DNA of 64,000 nucleotides. Origin: Nannocystales bacterium (GTDB taxonomy: Bacteria; Myxococcota_A; Polyangia; Nannocystales; Nannocystaceae). Shown here piece after piece: positions 1 to 9,752 of the stretch (its first letter is position 1; each line of letters opens with the position of its first letter). Made by a program: the position numbers and the translations under genes. Where the stretch lies: positions 96,001 through 160,000 of the forward strand of contig JBOEGF010000010.1 of the NCBI GenBank assembly GCA_050633305.1, read 5' to 3'. Under the pieces are notes generated by a model that saw nothing but the letters and a program-made list of their open reading frames with translations, did no database searches and had not been told where the DNA came from.

Positions 1-297
1 GGAGCAGATTGCGTGTTCGTCCCTGGCGTCGTCGACCCCGAGACCATCGGGACGTTGGTCCGGGAGATCGACGCGCCGGTCTCCGTTGTCATGGGGTTGC
101 TGCCCGACTCGCTGGATCTTGCACGGCTCCATGCGTTGGGCGTGCGGAGGGTGAGCGTCGGCGGGAGTTTGGCTCGGATGGCGTTGGCAAGCATCAGCCG
201 AGCCGCGGAGGAGCTGAAGTCTCGGGGAACGTTCGGCTACGCCGCGGACCAGATGTCGACCGGTGAGCTGAACCGCCTATTTGGGGCCGCCTCCTAG
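1..297 (+). CDS. Isocitrate lyase/PEP mutase family protein, C-terminal part (5' truncated by window)
   Basis: Frame open from base 1: GADCVFVPG...LGVRRVSVGGSLAR, typical C-terminal motifs of the PEP mutase/ICL-like family. Confidence 0.8.
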   Translation, partial: GADCVFVPGVVDPETIGTLVREIDAPVSVVMGLLPDSLDLARLHALGVRRVSVGGSLARMALASISRAAEELKSRGTFGYAADQMSTGELNRLFGAAS

Positions 298-1832
298 ATC
301 TTGAAGCGGTGCTTCGTGGTCTGACTGCGCTGGGCTGCCCCGAACCGCGCCCGCTTGATCGCCTTGACGATGCAGTCGACGCCAGCCTTGGCGTGTGTGC
401 CTTTGACGTCGACTCGGCTCGCCCGGCCCTGCGTGGCGATAGCGACCGTGACATCGACACTCTCGCCCCGGAACAGCCCGGCCTTCTTGCCACAGGCGCT
501 CACCTTGCCGTTGAGCTTGCCGAGCGTCTGCGCCACGGCTCGCTTGCTTCTGCGAACGGGGACATCGGCGGCTGGGGCGGGCTCTGCACTGGGTTCCACC
601 GAGGCCTCGACCGGAGGGGTCTGTGGCTGTTCCGGCGGGTTGGGGACGGCCACGGGGTTGGTCGGTGGATCCGCAGCCGCCGTCGGAGATTCGGCCGCCA
701 CCGCGTCCTGCACTTCGGGCTCCGCTGCGGGCTCCCGTTCCTTGGAGGGGATGGGGGAGGATGCGGCGAGTGCTGCGGGCTTGGGCGCCAGTGAGGCTTC
801 GTCACCGCCGCGTGTGGCGACCCAACCCACCGCGAGTGCCCCGAGTGCGACCGCGGCAAACATCGTCCCGATCCGCAGAGGTGTCCATGGGGTTGGGGAA
901 CCCGCGCCGGCGTCGTCGATCTGCTCGAGCGCATCGATGAACTCGGCAGCGCTCGCGAAGCGCTCGGCGGGGTCCTTCGCCAACGCCTTGAGCACCAGCG
1001 CGTCGACCAGGCTCCCGAATCCCGCTTCGGGGCACTCGGCGCTAGGCGGCTTCGGAGCGTTGTGCACGTGCAGGAACACGGTCGCCATCGCGTTGCCAGC
1101 CTTGAATGGGACGCGGCCGGTCAGCATCCGGTACAAGATGATGCCCACCGAGTAGAGATCGGAGCGGCCGTCGAGCTCCATGCCTTGGCCCTGTTCGGGA
1201 GACATGTAGTCGGCGGTCCCCATGATCGCGCCGGTCTGCGTGAGCTGCTCTTCGGAAGCGCCGTCACGTAGCTTGGCGATTCCGAAGTCGATGATCTTGA
1301 CGAACTCGGGGTTGTTCTCGCGGGGGCAGACGAAGCAGTTGTGCGGCTTCACGTCGCGGTGAATGATGCCGACGTCGTGCGCGGCTCCGAGTCCTTCGAG
1401 GATCTGGATCGTGAGGGCCTTGGCGCGGGACCACGACAGGGGACCTTCGCGCTTGACGATCGCGCTGAGGTCCTCGCCGTCGAGGTACTCCATCACGAAG
1501 AAAGCGAGACCATCGATCTCACCGAAGTCGGTGATGTCGACGATGTGCTTGTGGCGGATCTTCGAGGTGGCTCTCGCCTCCTGAATGAACCGGCTGATGG
1601 TCTTGGGACGACGGGCTCGGTCTGGCGCAAGAAGCTTGATCGCGACGAGCTTATCGATGCCGCTGTGGCGGGCGAGGTAGACCTCACCCATCCCGCCTTC
1701 ACCGATGAGGCGCTGAATCTCGTAGCGTCCAGCCAGGACGGTGCCCGCGGCGAGGGCCGGTTGGTCCTCCTGCACCCGCTCTGGTGCGGTCACGCTGGTG
1801 TCGTCCCGCGTGCTGGACTCACTCGACCCCAC
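294..1832 (-). CDS. Membrane Ser/Thr protein kinase with C-terminal TonB-C/AgmX-like domain
   Basis: GEGGMGEVY, VAIK, HRDVKPHN, DFG, GTADYMSPE; TM helix; Pro-rich linker; C-terminal domain with a Cys pair. GTG 1832 chosen as start (TATACT 6 nt upstream). Confidence 0.92.
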   Translation of the reverse strand: MGSSESSTRDDTSVTAPERVQEDQPALAAGTVLAGRYEIQRLIGEGGMGEVYLARHSGIDKLVAIKLLAPDRARRPKTISRFIQEARATSKIRHKHIVDITDFGEIDGLAFFVMEYLDGEDLSAIVKREGPLSWSRAKALTIQILEGLGAAHDVGIIHRDVKPHNCFVCPRENNPEFVKIIDFGIAKLRDGASEEQLTQTGAIMGTADYMSPEQGQGMELDGRSDLYSVGIILYRMLTGRVPFKAGNAMATVFLHVHNAPKPPSAECPEAGFGSLVDALVLKALAKDPAERFASAAEFIDALEQIDDAGAGSPTPWTPLRIGTMFAAVALGALAVGWVATRGGDEASLAPKPAALAASSPIPSKEREPAAEPEVQDAVAAESPTAAADPPTNPVAVPNPPEQPQTPPVEASVEPSAEPAPAADVPVRRSKRAVAQTLGKLNGKVSACGKKAGLFRGESVDVTVAIATQGRASRVDVKGTHAKAGVDCIVKAIKRARFGAAQRSQTTKHRFKI

Positions 1833-1881
1833 CGCCCGAGTATAGCCGTCTGCTTGAGAGGACGTGGTACACGGCGCTATC

Positions 1882-2775
1882 ATGCGTCGGGTGCGGGGGA
1901 GGCGAGGGAGCGGAGGATGTCGGTGGGTGAGCGCTCTAGCGCTGATCCTGAGCGTGGGTGCGCCGCGCCCGGCTTCGGCCCAACCGCCCGAATCAGCCCC
2001 CAATGCGGTGCCTGCTCCCGATCAGGGGTCCTTGTGGCGCGATGCGCAGGCCAAGCTCGAGACCGCCGACTACTCGGGGGCGATTGACGCGCTGACCGTG
2101 CTGTACGAGCAGGTGGTCCACGATCCCGAGGCTGACGCCCTGCGAAACCGGGTGAGGGTTTCCCTGCAAGAGGCACATGTCGGCGCGTACGGCGTGGACG
2201 GTGACAAGGAACACCTCGTCGTCGCGCTGGATCTCCTCGATCGCTCTCTCGAGAGCCTCCCGGAAAGTGAGGCGCCTCAGCGGGAGAGCCTCACCTCACG
2301 GCGGGCCGAAGTTCAGGCGCTACTCGACGCACACCCCGAACCCGAGCCGGAACCGGAGCCCGAGCCGATCCCGGAGCCTCAGGTGGAACCGGAGCCCGAG
2401 CCGGAACCGGAACCCGAGCCGAAGCCCGAACCCACGGAGCCGGAACCCGTGAGGGACACCGGGCGGCCGCTCATCATCGCCGGGGCGGTACTCGCGGGCG
2501 TCGGTTTGATCGGCAATGGGCTGTTGGTCGGGGGGCTCGTGTCCGCGAACAACGCCGTCGCGACGTTTGAGACGGAGCCAGCGCGACGCAATGACGCACG
2601 GCAGGACATCACACGCGGCAACAGACTCGGAATCGCGGGCGGCGTTGTTGGCGGGGTGTTCACCGTGGCGGGGGCCGTCATGATCACGCTTGGCGTCCGC
2701 AAGCGACAAACCGGTGGGGTTTCGCCGATGATGGATGCGCAAACGATGGGGGTGCAATGGTCCGGTCGGTTCTAG
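1882..2775 (+). CDS. Exported TPR-like protein with (EP)n linker and C-terminal hydrophobic hairpin
   Basis: Signal peptide, helical TPR-like region, EPEPEP tract, two Gly-rich hydrophobic segments, ends QWSGRF; start 1882 or 1891. Confidence 0.75.
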   Translation: MRRVRGRRGSGGCRWVSALALILSVGAPRPASAQPPESAPNAVPAPDQGSLWRDAQAKLETADYSGAIDALTVLYEQVVHDPEADALRNRVRVSLQEAHVGAYGVDGDKEHLVVALDLLDRSLESLPESEAPQRESLTSRRAEVQALLDAHPEPEPEPEPEPIPEPQVEPEPEPEPEPEPKPEPTEPEPVRDTGRPLIIAGAVLAGVGLIGNGLLVGGLVSANNAVATFETEPARRNDARQDITRGNRLGIAGGVVGGVFTVAGAVMITLGVRKRQTGGVSPMMDAQTMGVQWSGRF

Positions 2776-3860
2776 GAATCGCCACGTTGGTGGCGTTGGC
2801 AGGTTGTCCGATTCCCAGCACGTTGGGCCTCCCGTGCGAGACCAACGCCCACTGCGATGACGGTGAGTTCTGTGTCGAGGAAACGTGCATGCGGGCACCT
2901 CCCGGCGAGACGATGGGGATGATGACGGGGCCTCCGATTCCCCCTACGACCACGACGTCGTCCACGACGGGGGATGACTCCACGTCCTCGACCACCGATT
3001 CTTCAGCCACCTCGTCGGTCGAGTCGTCCTCGAGCTCGACCACGGAGCCTGTGACCAGCAGCGGCTCCACCGGTCCGTCGTGCGGCGTCGACTCGTGTAC
3101 CGACCTCGACATCCTGCTGCTCATCGACACGTCGGACAGCATGTCGCAGTGGCTCGCCCCGTTGGCCAACTCGCTGCCGTCGCTGTTCGCCCTGTTCGAC
3201 GAGGAACTCTCGTCGGTGTGTTCGTTCCACGTGGGCATTGCGAACGCTGACCGGGTTCCCGAGGCGAACACCGCCGAGTGCCAGTATGCCGGGGCGCTCA
3301 TTCAGCGACCGTCCAGCTGCAGCAACGTCGAAGGCGCTCCGGCGTACTACAGCACCGAGATCGATGGCGAGGCTTCGACTGCCTTCGCCGCACTCCAGTG
3401 CACGATCCTGTCCGAGGGGTTCAGCGGAAGCGACGACGAGTACATGCTGGAATCGATGCTCGGCGCGCTCGACCCAACGAACAACGCCGAGGGCGCGTGC
3501 AACGATGGCTTCAGGCGGCCTGATGCGAACCTGGTGATCCTCTACGTCAGCGACGAGGACGATCCAACGCCGATGGACGAGATCGACACCGTCGCCGAGA
3601 CCTTCCTCGAGTACGTCGACCCAAATTTGGTTGCGTTCATCTCGGTCGTGGCGGACCCGACCAATGTCGCAGACGAGTGTGTCTGGGACCCCGATGCTGG
3701 CGATGAGGGAACGGGCGCCGAGACACCGACGGGGCACAACGGATTTCTCGCACTCAGCGAAATTCCGCTCCTGCAGCAGGCCCGGGTCGACATCTGTCAG
3801 ATGCGCGCCTACGAGTTCAGCGATGCTTTCGAGGTCTTCACCTCGATCTGCGAGGGCTGA
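2757..3860 (+). CDS. vWA-like domain lipoprotein
   Basis: Lipobox LAGC; Cys-rich CETNAHC...C...C; S/T linker; MIDAS-like [23 protein letters not shown]. Confidence 0.75.
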   Translation: MVRSVLGIATLVALAGCPIPSTLGLPCETNAHCDDGEFCVEETCMRAPPGETMGMMTGPPIPPTTTTSSTTGDDSTSSTTDSSATSSVESSSSSTTEPVTSSGSTGPSCGVDSCTDLDILLLIDTSDSMSQWLAPLANSLPSLFALFDEELSSVCSFHVGIANADRVPEANTAECQYAGALIQRPSSCSNVEGAPAYYSTEIDGEASTAFAALQCTILSEGFSGSDDEYMLESMLGALDPTNNAEGACNDGFRRPDANLVILYVSDEDDPTPMDEIDTVAETFLEYVDPNLVAFISVVADPTNVADECVWDPDAGDEGTGAETPTGHNGFLALSEIPLLQQARVDICQMRAYEFSDAFEVFTSICEG

Positions 3861-3867
3861 AGCCGGC

Positions 3868-4587
3868 TCAAAACGTCGGGAGACCTTGCTCGAACGCACG
3901 GTGTTCGAGCGGACCCCAGGCTGCGACGGCCTGAAGCATGCCGCAGCGTTCCTTCTCTGCCTCCCAGTCGCAGCTCGCCAGCTCTGTGCTTAGGGATTCG
4001 ATCGGGACGAGGCTCTTGGTACGAGGGCGTAGCGCGAGGGAGCTGCGTGCCCCTGGGAAGTTCGGCTCGTCGCGTTCGGAGTCATGGCAAACGAAGCAGA
4101 CGGTGATGTTGTCGTGCTCCGGGTTGCGGATTCGGGCGTAGGCTGCGTCTTCCTCGAGCGCCGCGCGAAGGGGGAACTCGATCTCCCCCTTGACGGTCCG
4201 ACCTGGGCTGACCGTCTCGCCGAACTCGATGAGGTCTTTGCCCTCCCCGCCGACCGCCGCGGTGATGATCAGCGCATCTCCCGAGAAGATGAACAGCCGG
4301 GGACTCCGCGCTCCGTCGGCCGGCTGCATGCTGGCCTTGCTCTTCGAAGCCTCGACATGCAGCGGACGATCGAGGGCTTCGAGGAAACAGGCCGCGGTCG
4401 CGGGTTGGGGCAAGCTGTTCGCGAGCGCCACCGCCTCGGCAATGCTCTGTGGACTCCCGGTTGTCCCCGGCCCTGGCTGGCAGCGCCTGAGATCGAGGTC
4501 GCCGAAGATGTCCTGTGCGGTCGACGGGACCGATTCGCAGCCGGTCAGGCCGAGCAGCAGCAAGGCCGTGATGCTCGAAGCACGCAT
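3868..4587 (-). CDS. Lipoprotein with a single CxxCH motif (putative c-type cytochrome)
   Basis: MRASS...LTGC lipobox; CFVCHD. Confidence 0.65.
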   Translation of the reverse strand: MRASSITALLLLGLTGCESVPSTAQDIFGDLDLRRCQPGPGTTGSPQSIAEAVALANSLPQPATAACFLEALDRPLHVEASKSKASMQPADGARSPRLFIFSGDALIITAAVGGEGKDLIEFGETVSPGRTVKGEIEFPLRAALEEDAAYARIRNPEHDNITVCFVCHDSERDEPNFPGARSSLALRPRTKSLVPIESLSTELASCDWEAEKERCGMLQAVAAWGPLEHRAFEQGLPTF

Positions 4588-4682
4588 TCGCCTCACCTTG
4601 CCCAACTTGCCCGCCGGTTCGCCACGTGGATGCAGGTGAGGAGCTGCACGCATACGTTGCTGCCTTCGGGTACAGTCGCGGC

Positions 4683-5513
4683 GTGATCGACGAGCTTGCG
4701 TTCACGACGTTGGGTGGGACGCAGCGCGCGGTCGTGGACTCGCCCTCTGGAGTTCCTCGGGGTGCCGTCGTTGTCGCGCCCGCCTTGGGCGTTCGCGCGT
4801 CGTACTACCGCAAGCTTTGCGGTGCCCTGAACGGGCTTGGGTTCGCCACCGCGGCCGTGGACCTTCCCGGACAGGGCGAGAGCCCGGTGCGGGCGAACCG
4901 TCGGACCGACTGGGGCTATGACTCGATCATTGAGCACTACGGAGCTGCGCTTCGGGCTTTGCATGCCTCGATGCCCGAGTGCCCCATGTTCGTCGTGGGT
5001 CACTCCATTGGGGGCCAAGTCGCGTTGATGACCGCGGGGATGGAGATCCCGGGTCTTCGCGGCGTGGTGGTTGTGGCGTCCGGATGTCCGTACTGGCGAA
5101 CGTGGGACGGTGCGGAGGCATATCGGATTCGCGCTGCGACGTGGACGTGCGGTGCGATGGCGCGTTCGCTGGGCGTGTTCCCCGGGGATAAGGTCGGCTT
5201 TGGAGGGCGTGAGGCGAAGACGTTGATCGTTCAGTGGGCCCATGCCGCACAGACCGGCAGGTATGCCCACGGTGAGTTCGACGGGGATGCGCTGCTCGCC
5301 AAGCCTGGTCCTCCAACGCTCGGTATTCGCGTGGAGGGCGACACATGGGCGCCCGAGCGCTCCGTCCGGCTGACGTTGGACCGCTTGCGGGCTCGCGAGG
5401 TGTCCTTCGAGCGTTGGAGTTCGGCGCCGCATGGCGGCAACCACAACCGCTGGCCCTCCGAGCCCGGGCACGTGGCCTCGCGCGTTCGCGCGTTCGCCGA
5501 CGGCCTCGGGTGA
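4683..5513 (+). CDS. Alpha/beta fold hydrolase
   Basis: PALGV..SYY, D.PGQGES, nucleophile GHSIGG, D(TWAP), H(NRW). Confidence 0.85.
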   Translation: MIDELAFTTLGGTQRAVVDSPSGVPRGAVVVAPALGVRASYYRKLCGALNGLGFATAAVDLPGQGESPVRANRRTDWGYDSIIEHYGAALRALHASMPECPMFVVGHSIGGQVALMTAGMEIPGLRGVVVVASGCPYWRTWDGAEAYRIRAATWTCGAMARSLGVFPGDKVGFGGREAKTLIVQWAHAAQTGRYAHGEFDGDALLAKPGPPTLGIRVEGDTWAPERSVRLTLDRLRAREVSFERWSSAPHGGNHNRWPSEPGHVASRVRAFADGLG

Positions 5514-5588
5514 GCCGCCCACCCCGGCTGAGAAAAAAAACGGGGTCGATCGGTGACATCTCCACGAGCGGCCGGTGTTGGAGTAGGC

Positions 5589-6269
5589 ATGAACCGCCGC
5601 TTGCCTGTCCTTGCTTCGCTCCTCGGCTCTCTCGTGCTCCCCGGCTGCCTGGGCAACCCTGACCGCATCGAGACGTTCGACTATGTCGACGTGGTGGAGC
5701 GAGTGGAGATCAGCACTGGAAGTGGGGACATCGAGATTCATGTGGATCCCGGAGCGGTCGAGACCTCGGTCGAGGCTCGGGTCTACGGGGATGCGACCCG
5801 GACCATCGCCTCCTTGGAGGGTGGCGCACTTGTCTTGCGGCACCATTGCCCGAAACGCCTCCGTCAATGCGGCGTGGACTGGATTGTCACGATCCCCGAA
5901 GCCGAGGCGGGGCGGATCTACGACCTGTCATCGGGTTCGGGTGACATCGGTGTGGCGGACGGCGCCGGGGTCTTCGTGGCGCACACGGGATCAGGCGACA
6001 TCGCCTTGCACGACGTGTTCGCGACGGACGTTGAACTCGAGACGGGCAGCGGCGACATCGGTGCGCGACTCGAGGGCGCTCCGGCGTCCGTACTGGCGAA
6101 GACGGGTAGTGGTGACATCGGGTTCGCGCTGCCTTCAGGTGGCTATCAGATCGATATCGACACGGGCTCCGGTGATGTCTCGACGCGTGGGGTGTCCAAC
6201 GATTCCGCCGCGGAGGGAGTGCTGGAGCTGCGGACTGGCAGCGGAGACGTCTCGGTCCGAGGTCGCTGA
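5589..6269 (+). CDS. DUF4097-type beta-strand repeat (adhesin-like) lipoprotein
   Basis: Lipobox LPGC; seven (T/S)GSGD(I/V) repeats. Confidence 0.85.
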   Translation: MNRRLPVLASLLGSLVLPGCLGNPDRIETFDYVDVVERVEISTGSGDIEIHVDPGAVETSVEARVYGDATRTIASLEGGALVLRHHCPKRLRQCGVDWIVTIPEAEAGRIYDLSSGSGDIGVADGAGVFVAHTGSGDIALHDVFATDVELETGSGDIGARLEGAPASVLAKTGSGDIGFALPSGGYQIDIDTGSGDVSTRGVSNDSAAEGVLELRTGSGDVSVRGR

Positions 6270-6317
6270 CGCTCGTCGGATTTGACCCCCATCGACGAAC
6301 TCGGTATCCCCGTGGGC

Positions 6318-7946
6318 ATGCGGTGGGGATGGACATGGGTTGGGTTGATGGGCCTCGTTGCGTGTGGCGGTGCGCAGGACACTGATCCGTTCGGCGGCGG
6401 GGACGGCACGAGCACGACCGCCGCGCCGGGGACAACTGCAACGGGCGAAGTGACATCGACGGGGAGCGGCTCGACATCGGCCGACGCCTCGACGGGCGAT
6501 GGGCCCAAGCTGGACCTCGCGATCCCCGACTTCAACCCGCCCGATCCTCCCATGCCCAGCTGCAACGTCGTCGATGACATGGATGCTGTCGGGTCCTGTG
6601 ACGACGAAGCCCCGCCCGATTCGTTCGAGCCCGACGTGCAGTGGACATGGGACGGGGGGACGTCGTCCGTGACACCGTTGGTCGCCAACCTCACCGACGA
6701 CAACGACGACGGTTCCATCGACCTCTGCGACATCCCCGATGTCATCGTGACGACCAACCGCATTCACGTACTGGACGGGGAGACGGGCCAGGAACACTTC
6801 GACATGGGCCCAGTCAGTGGCAGTGTCACTCCGGCGATCGGCGACCTCGATGGCGACGGGGAGCCTGAGATCGTCTCCGCCAACAACTTCTTGATCGGAG
6901 CACTCGCGTTCGTCGCGTTCGATACCGACGGCACGATGCTGTGGACGACCGATGCCATCTGGGAGAACGACCAGGGCGGAGCCGTGGGCATCGCGGACTT
7001 CGACAACGACGGGACTCCGGAGATCTACGCCGACGGCATCATCCTCTCCTCGACCGGGACCGTCTTGTTCCAGGCTCCGCCGCAGGTCGGGTGGTTCATC
7101 GCGCAACGGAACACCGCGACCGTGGCCGCCGATCTCGACGGAGACGACGATCTCGAACTCATCTTGGGGCAAGCCGCCTACCACCACGACGGAACGCTCT
7201 ACTACCGAGACGAGAGCATCCTCCCGGGCTATCCACAGATCGCCAACCTCGACGGCGACCCCGAACCCGAGATCATCATCAACAACGATGGTGGCATCAC
7301 GATTCTCGAACACGACGGCACCATCAAGAACCAGGACATGACACCCACCGGAGAACCCGCCGGGCTCGGCGCATGGTTTCGCCCCTCCACGGTTCACGAC
7401 TTTGATGGCGATGGAGTTTCGGAGTTCGCGGTCAGCTCCGCCGAGAGCTACAGCGTCTTCGAGCCCAACCTGGTCGTGAACTGGTCCGTGGGTGTCCAAG
7501 ATGGCAGCGGCTGGGCCGCAGGGACTGCCTTCGATTTTCTCGGAGACGGCGTCGCGGAGGCGATGTATGCCGACGAGGCGACGCTGTTCATCTACGGTGC
7601 GGATGGGGCGATCGAGCTCCAGGTTCCCCGGTCGTCCCGAACCCTCATCGAGTATCCGGTGGTCGCCGATGTCGACAACGACGGATCCGCGGAGATCGTC
7701 GTGGTGTCCGGGGACAACTGGGACGACAACCAGACCTCCCCCACGGTGCAGGTGATCCGCGACGTCGAGGACCGCTGGATTCAGGCCCGTCGGATCTGGA
7801 ATCAGCACACCTATCACGTCACCAACGTGCGCGAGGACGGCACCATTCCTGCGGTCGAGCCCAGGTCATGGCAGCTTCTCAACACCTACCGGACCAACGC
7901 CCAGATCGAGAACGGGTCGGTCTGCCAGCCTCCACCCGAGGGCTAG
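6318..7946 (+). CDS. FG-GAP/VCBS repeat beta-propeller lipoprotein
   Basis: LVAC lipobox; repeated D(L/F)DGDG.PEI Ca-binding loops; C-terminal RRIWNQHTYHVTN. Confidence 0.85.
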   Translation: MRWGWTWVGLMGLVACGGAQDTDPFGGGDGTSTTAAPGTTATGEVTSTGSGSTSADASTGDGPKLDLAIPDFNPPDPPMPSCNVVDDMDAVGSCDDEAPPDSFEPDVQWTWDGGTSSVTPLVANLTDDNDDGSIDLCDIPDVIVTTNRIHVLDGETGQEHFDMGPVSGSVTPAIGDLDGDGEPEIVSANNFLIGALAFVAFDTDGTMLWTTDAIWENDQGGAVGIADFDNDGTPEIYADGIILSSTGTVLFQAPPQVGWFIAQRNTATVAADLDGDDDLELILGQAAYHHDGTLYYRDESILPGYPQIANLDGDPEPEIIINNDGGITILEHDGTIKNQDMTPTGEPAGLGAWFRPSTVHDFDGDGVSEFAVSSAESYSVFEPNLVVNWSVGVQDGSGWAAGTAFDFLGDGVAEAMYADEATLFIYGADGAIELQVPRSSRTLIEYPVVADVDNDGSAEIVVVSGDNWDDNQTSPTVQVIRDVEDRWIQARRIWNQHTYHVTNVREDGTIPAVEPRSWQLLNTYRTNAQIENGSVCQPPPEG

Positions 7947-8023
7947 CCGGCTCTTGGAGCCAGGGGATCGGTAAAGAAGGTCCACGCCCGGGAGCGACGA
8001 GGGGCAGCCACCGCTGTCGAGAG

Positions 8024-9364
8024 CTACAGCCGGAAGTACGACCGCGTTCGGGCTACGCCGACAACTCCGCGGGCCCGTGGCTGCATCGAGTATTCGGCGC
8101 CGGGGATCTCTTCGGGTCCACCGGGGCGAACGGTCTCGATGCGGAAGTCGATCGCGGGCGAGGGCTCGAGGCCGCGGAGGTACGCGAGAGAGTATTCGCG
8201 CGCTTCGTCTTCGTTGGCCGCGAGGACGGTGAGTCCTGTGGTGAAGCCCTGTGCGTCGCTGGGCCAGTACTCGGGAGCCTCGCCGCTCTCGGCTCGGGCC
8301 TGAACGGTGAACGTTTCGACCTGAGGTGCGCGGCCGTGGTCGGCCTCGTTGAGCGCGTTGAGCATGTGCGCGGTGATCCAATCCCGCTGCCCAGCCATGC
8401 GCGCGACCTCGCGGGCCTCACCGAGGCGGTCGTTCTGCCACAAGGCCTCAAAAACCTCCTCGCAGACAAGCCCGGCGTAGTTGGGGCTGAGACCCTCACC
8501 GTCGAGTCTATGGAGCATGTCGAGGGCTCCGTAGAGGTTCGCGAGCGACTCGTCGAAATCGGCGCCTTCGGCCGGGTTGAGCGCACGGACCAGCTGCCAC
8601 GAGCCGAGGACGGCAAGCGTCAGGGGACTCTGGGGGTCGACGTCGCGGGCACACTGCATGGACGCAAGCGCCTCCTCATGCCGACCCATCCGGTACTGAG
8701 TGATCGCGAGGTTGTACCAAGCTCCCGCGTGCTCGCCGTCGAGGGTGAGCGCGAGCTCAAATCGGTCGATGGCTTCGTCGTAGCTGTCGAGGTCGCTCAG
8801 GCAGATGCCGTGCTCGACGAGCAGGTCGACGTTGATCGGGTCGCCGTCGAGGTACGAGTCGTAGACGCCCGCGGCTTCTTCGAGCCGGCCGGTCCGACGA
8901 AGCAGTGCTCCGAGAGCCGCGCTGGCTTCGAAGAGCGTGTTGCCCTCGGTCTCGATTGCGGTGGCCTCGCGGTAGCAGGTCTCCGCTCCGTCCTCGTCGC
9001 CGAGTCGTTCGAGCACCGCACCGAGGTTGTAGAACTGAAGAGCTCCGCCCGGGGCAGACTCGATCGCAGCTTGGAACGCATCGCGTGCCTTCTCGAGCTG
9101 TCCCAAGAGGTCATAGACGTTCCCGACTGCAATCTGGACGTCGGGTTCGCGAGGGAACTCGTCGGCTGCTCGCTCGGCGAGGGTACAGGCGTGGTCGAGT
9201 TCACCGACATCACACAGGGCTCTGACCCACATGCAATAGAGCGGAACGAGGTCGTCGACGCACAGCTCCGGCTCCCACGAGCTGCGGAGCATTCGAACTG
9301 CGGATCGAGCGGCGCCCTCGTCGAGGAGCGTCGCGGCAGCGTCGAGCTGGGCACGGAGCTTCAT
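8024..9364 (-). CDS. Cytoplasmic tetratricopeptide repeat protein
   Basis: Several TPR consensus units (YNLGAVL, AWYNLAITQYRMG); no signal peptide. Confidence 0.8.
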   Translation of the reverse strand: MKLRAQLDAAATLLDEGAARSAVRMLRSSWEPELCVDDLVPLYCMWVRALCDVGELDHACTLAERAADEFPREPDVQIAVGNVYDLLGQLEKARDAFQAAIESAPGGALQFYNLGAVLERLGDEDGAETCYREATAIETEGNTLFEASAALGALLRRTGRLEEAAGVYDSYLDGDPINVDLLVEHGICLSDLDSYDEAIDRFELALTLDGEHAGAWYNLAITQYRMGRHEEALASMQCARDVDPQSPLTLAVLGSWQLVRALNPAEGADFDESLANLYGALDMLHRLDGEGLSPNYAGLVCEEVFEALWQNDRLGEAREVARMAGQRDWITAHMLNALNEADHGRAPQVETFTVQARAESGEAPEYWPSDAQGFTTGLTVLAANEDEAREYSLAYLRGLEPSPAIDFRIETVRPGGPEEIPGAEYSMQPRARGVVGVARTRSYFRL

Positions 9365-9752
9365 CGTCGATCTGCTTCGATTTGTTGCACGATAGCCGCC
9401 CGCAATCAAACCCCGTTTTCGCGCGGAAGACAGGTCTTCTCGCTTTCGCGCCGGCAACGTGAGGAGGATGACGTCGACGGTCGTTCGAACCGTCGTGTCA
9501 CGGAACCTTCCCGAGCGGCATTCGCTTCGACGCTCGACGTGCGGTCTCGCAGACCGTTGAAAACCGGACGAGCCACCGCTGGTTTTTTTGCTCCTCGGCC
9601 AGACGCGGACACGTGGCTATCCCTCCCCTCGAGCTTCCGGGCGGCTTGTTTGCGCTTGTTCTGGGCGCCTCACGCGCTGGGATGGAGCCATTTGTGCGCC
9701 CGCCAAAACGTGGGCTCGTTGAGCTTGACCGGCTCTGGGCATCCGTCTCAGC

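Noticed and set aside
2335..2448. CCGGAA/CCCGAG repeats (also near 27055-27120 and 55920-55950)
   Set aside because: In-frame Pro/Glu or Pro/Gln linker codons; no spacers, so not CRISPR or a mobile repeat
5521..5546. ACCCCG...CGGGGT hairpin with an A8 run
   Set aside because: Stem is only 6 bp and the A-run lies in the loop; not a canonical terminator
9563..9590. Weak hairpin followed by T7
   Set aside because: Lies between divergent gene starts, and the stem is short and imperfect
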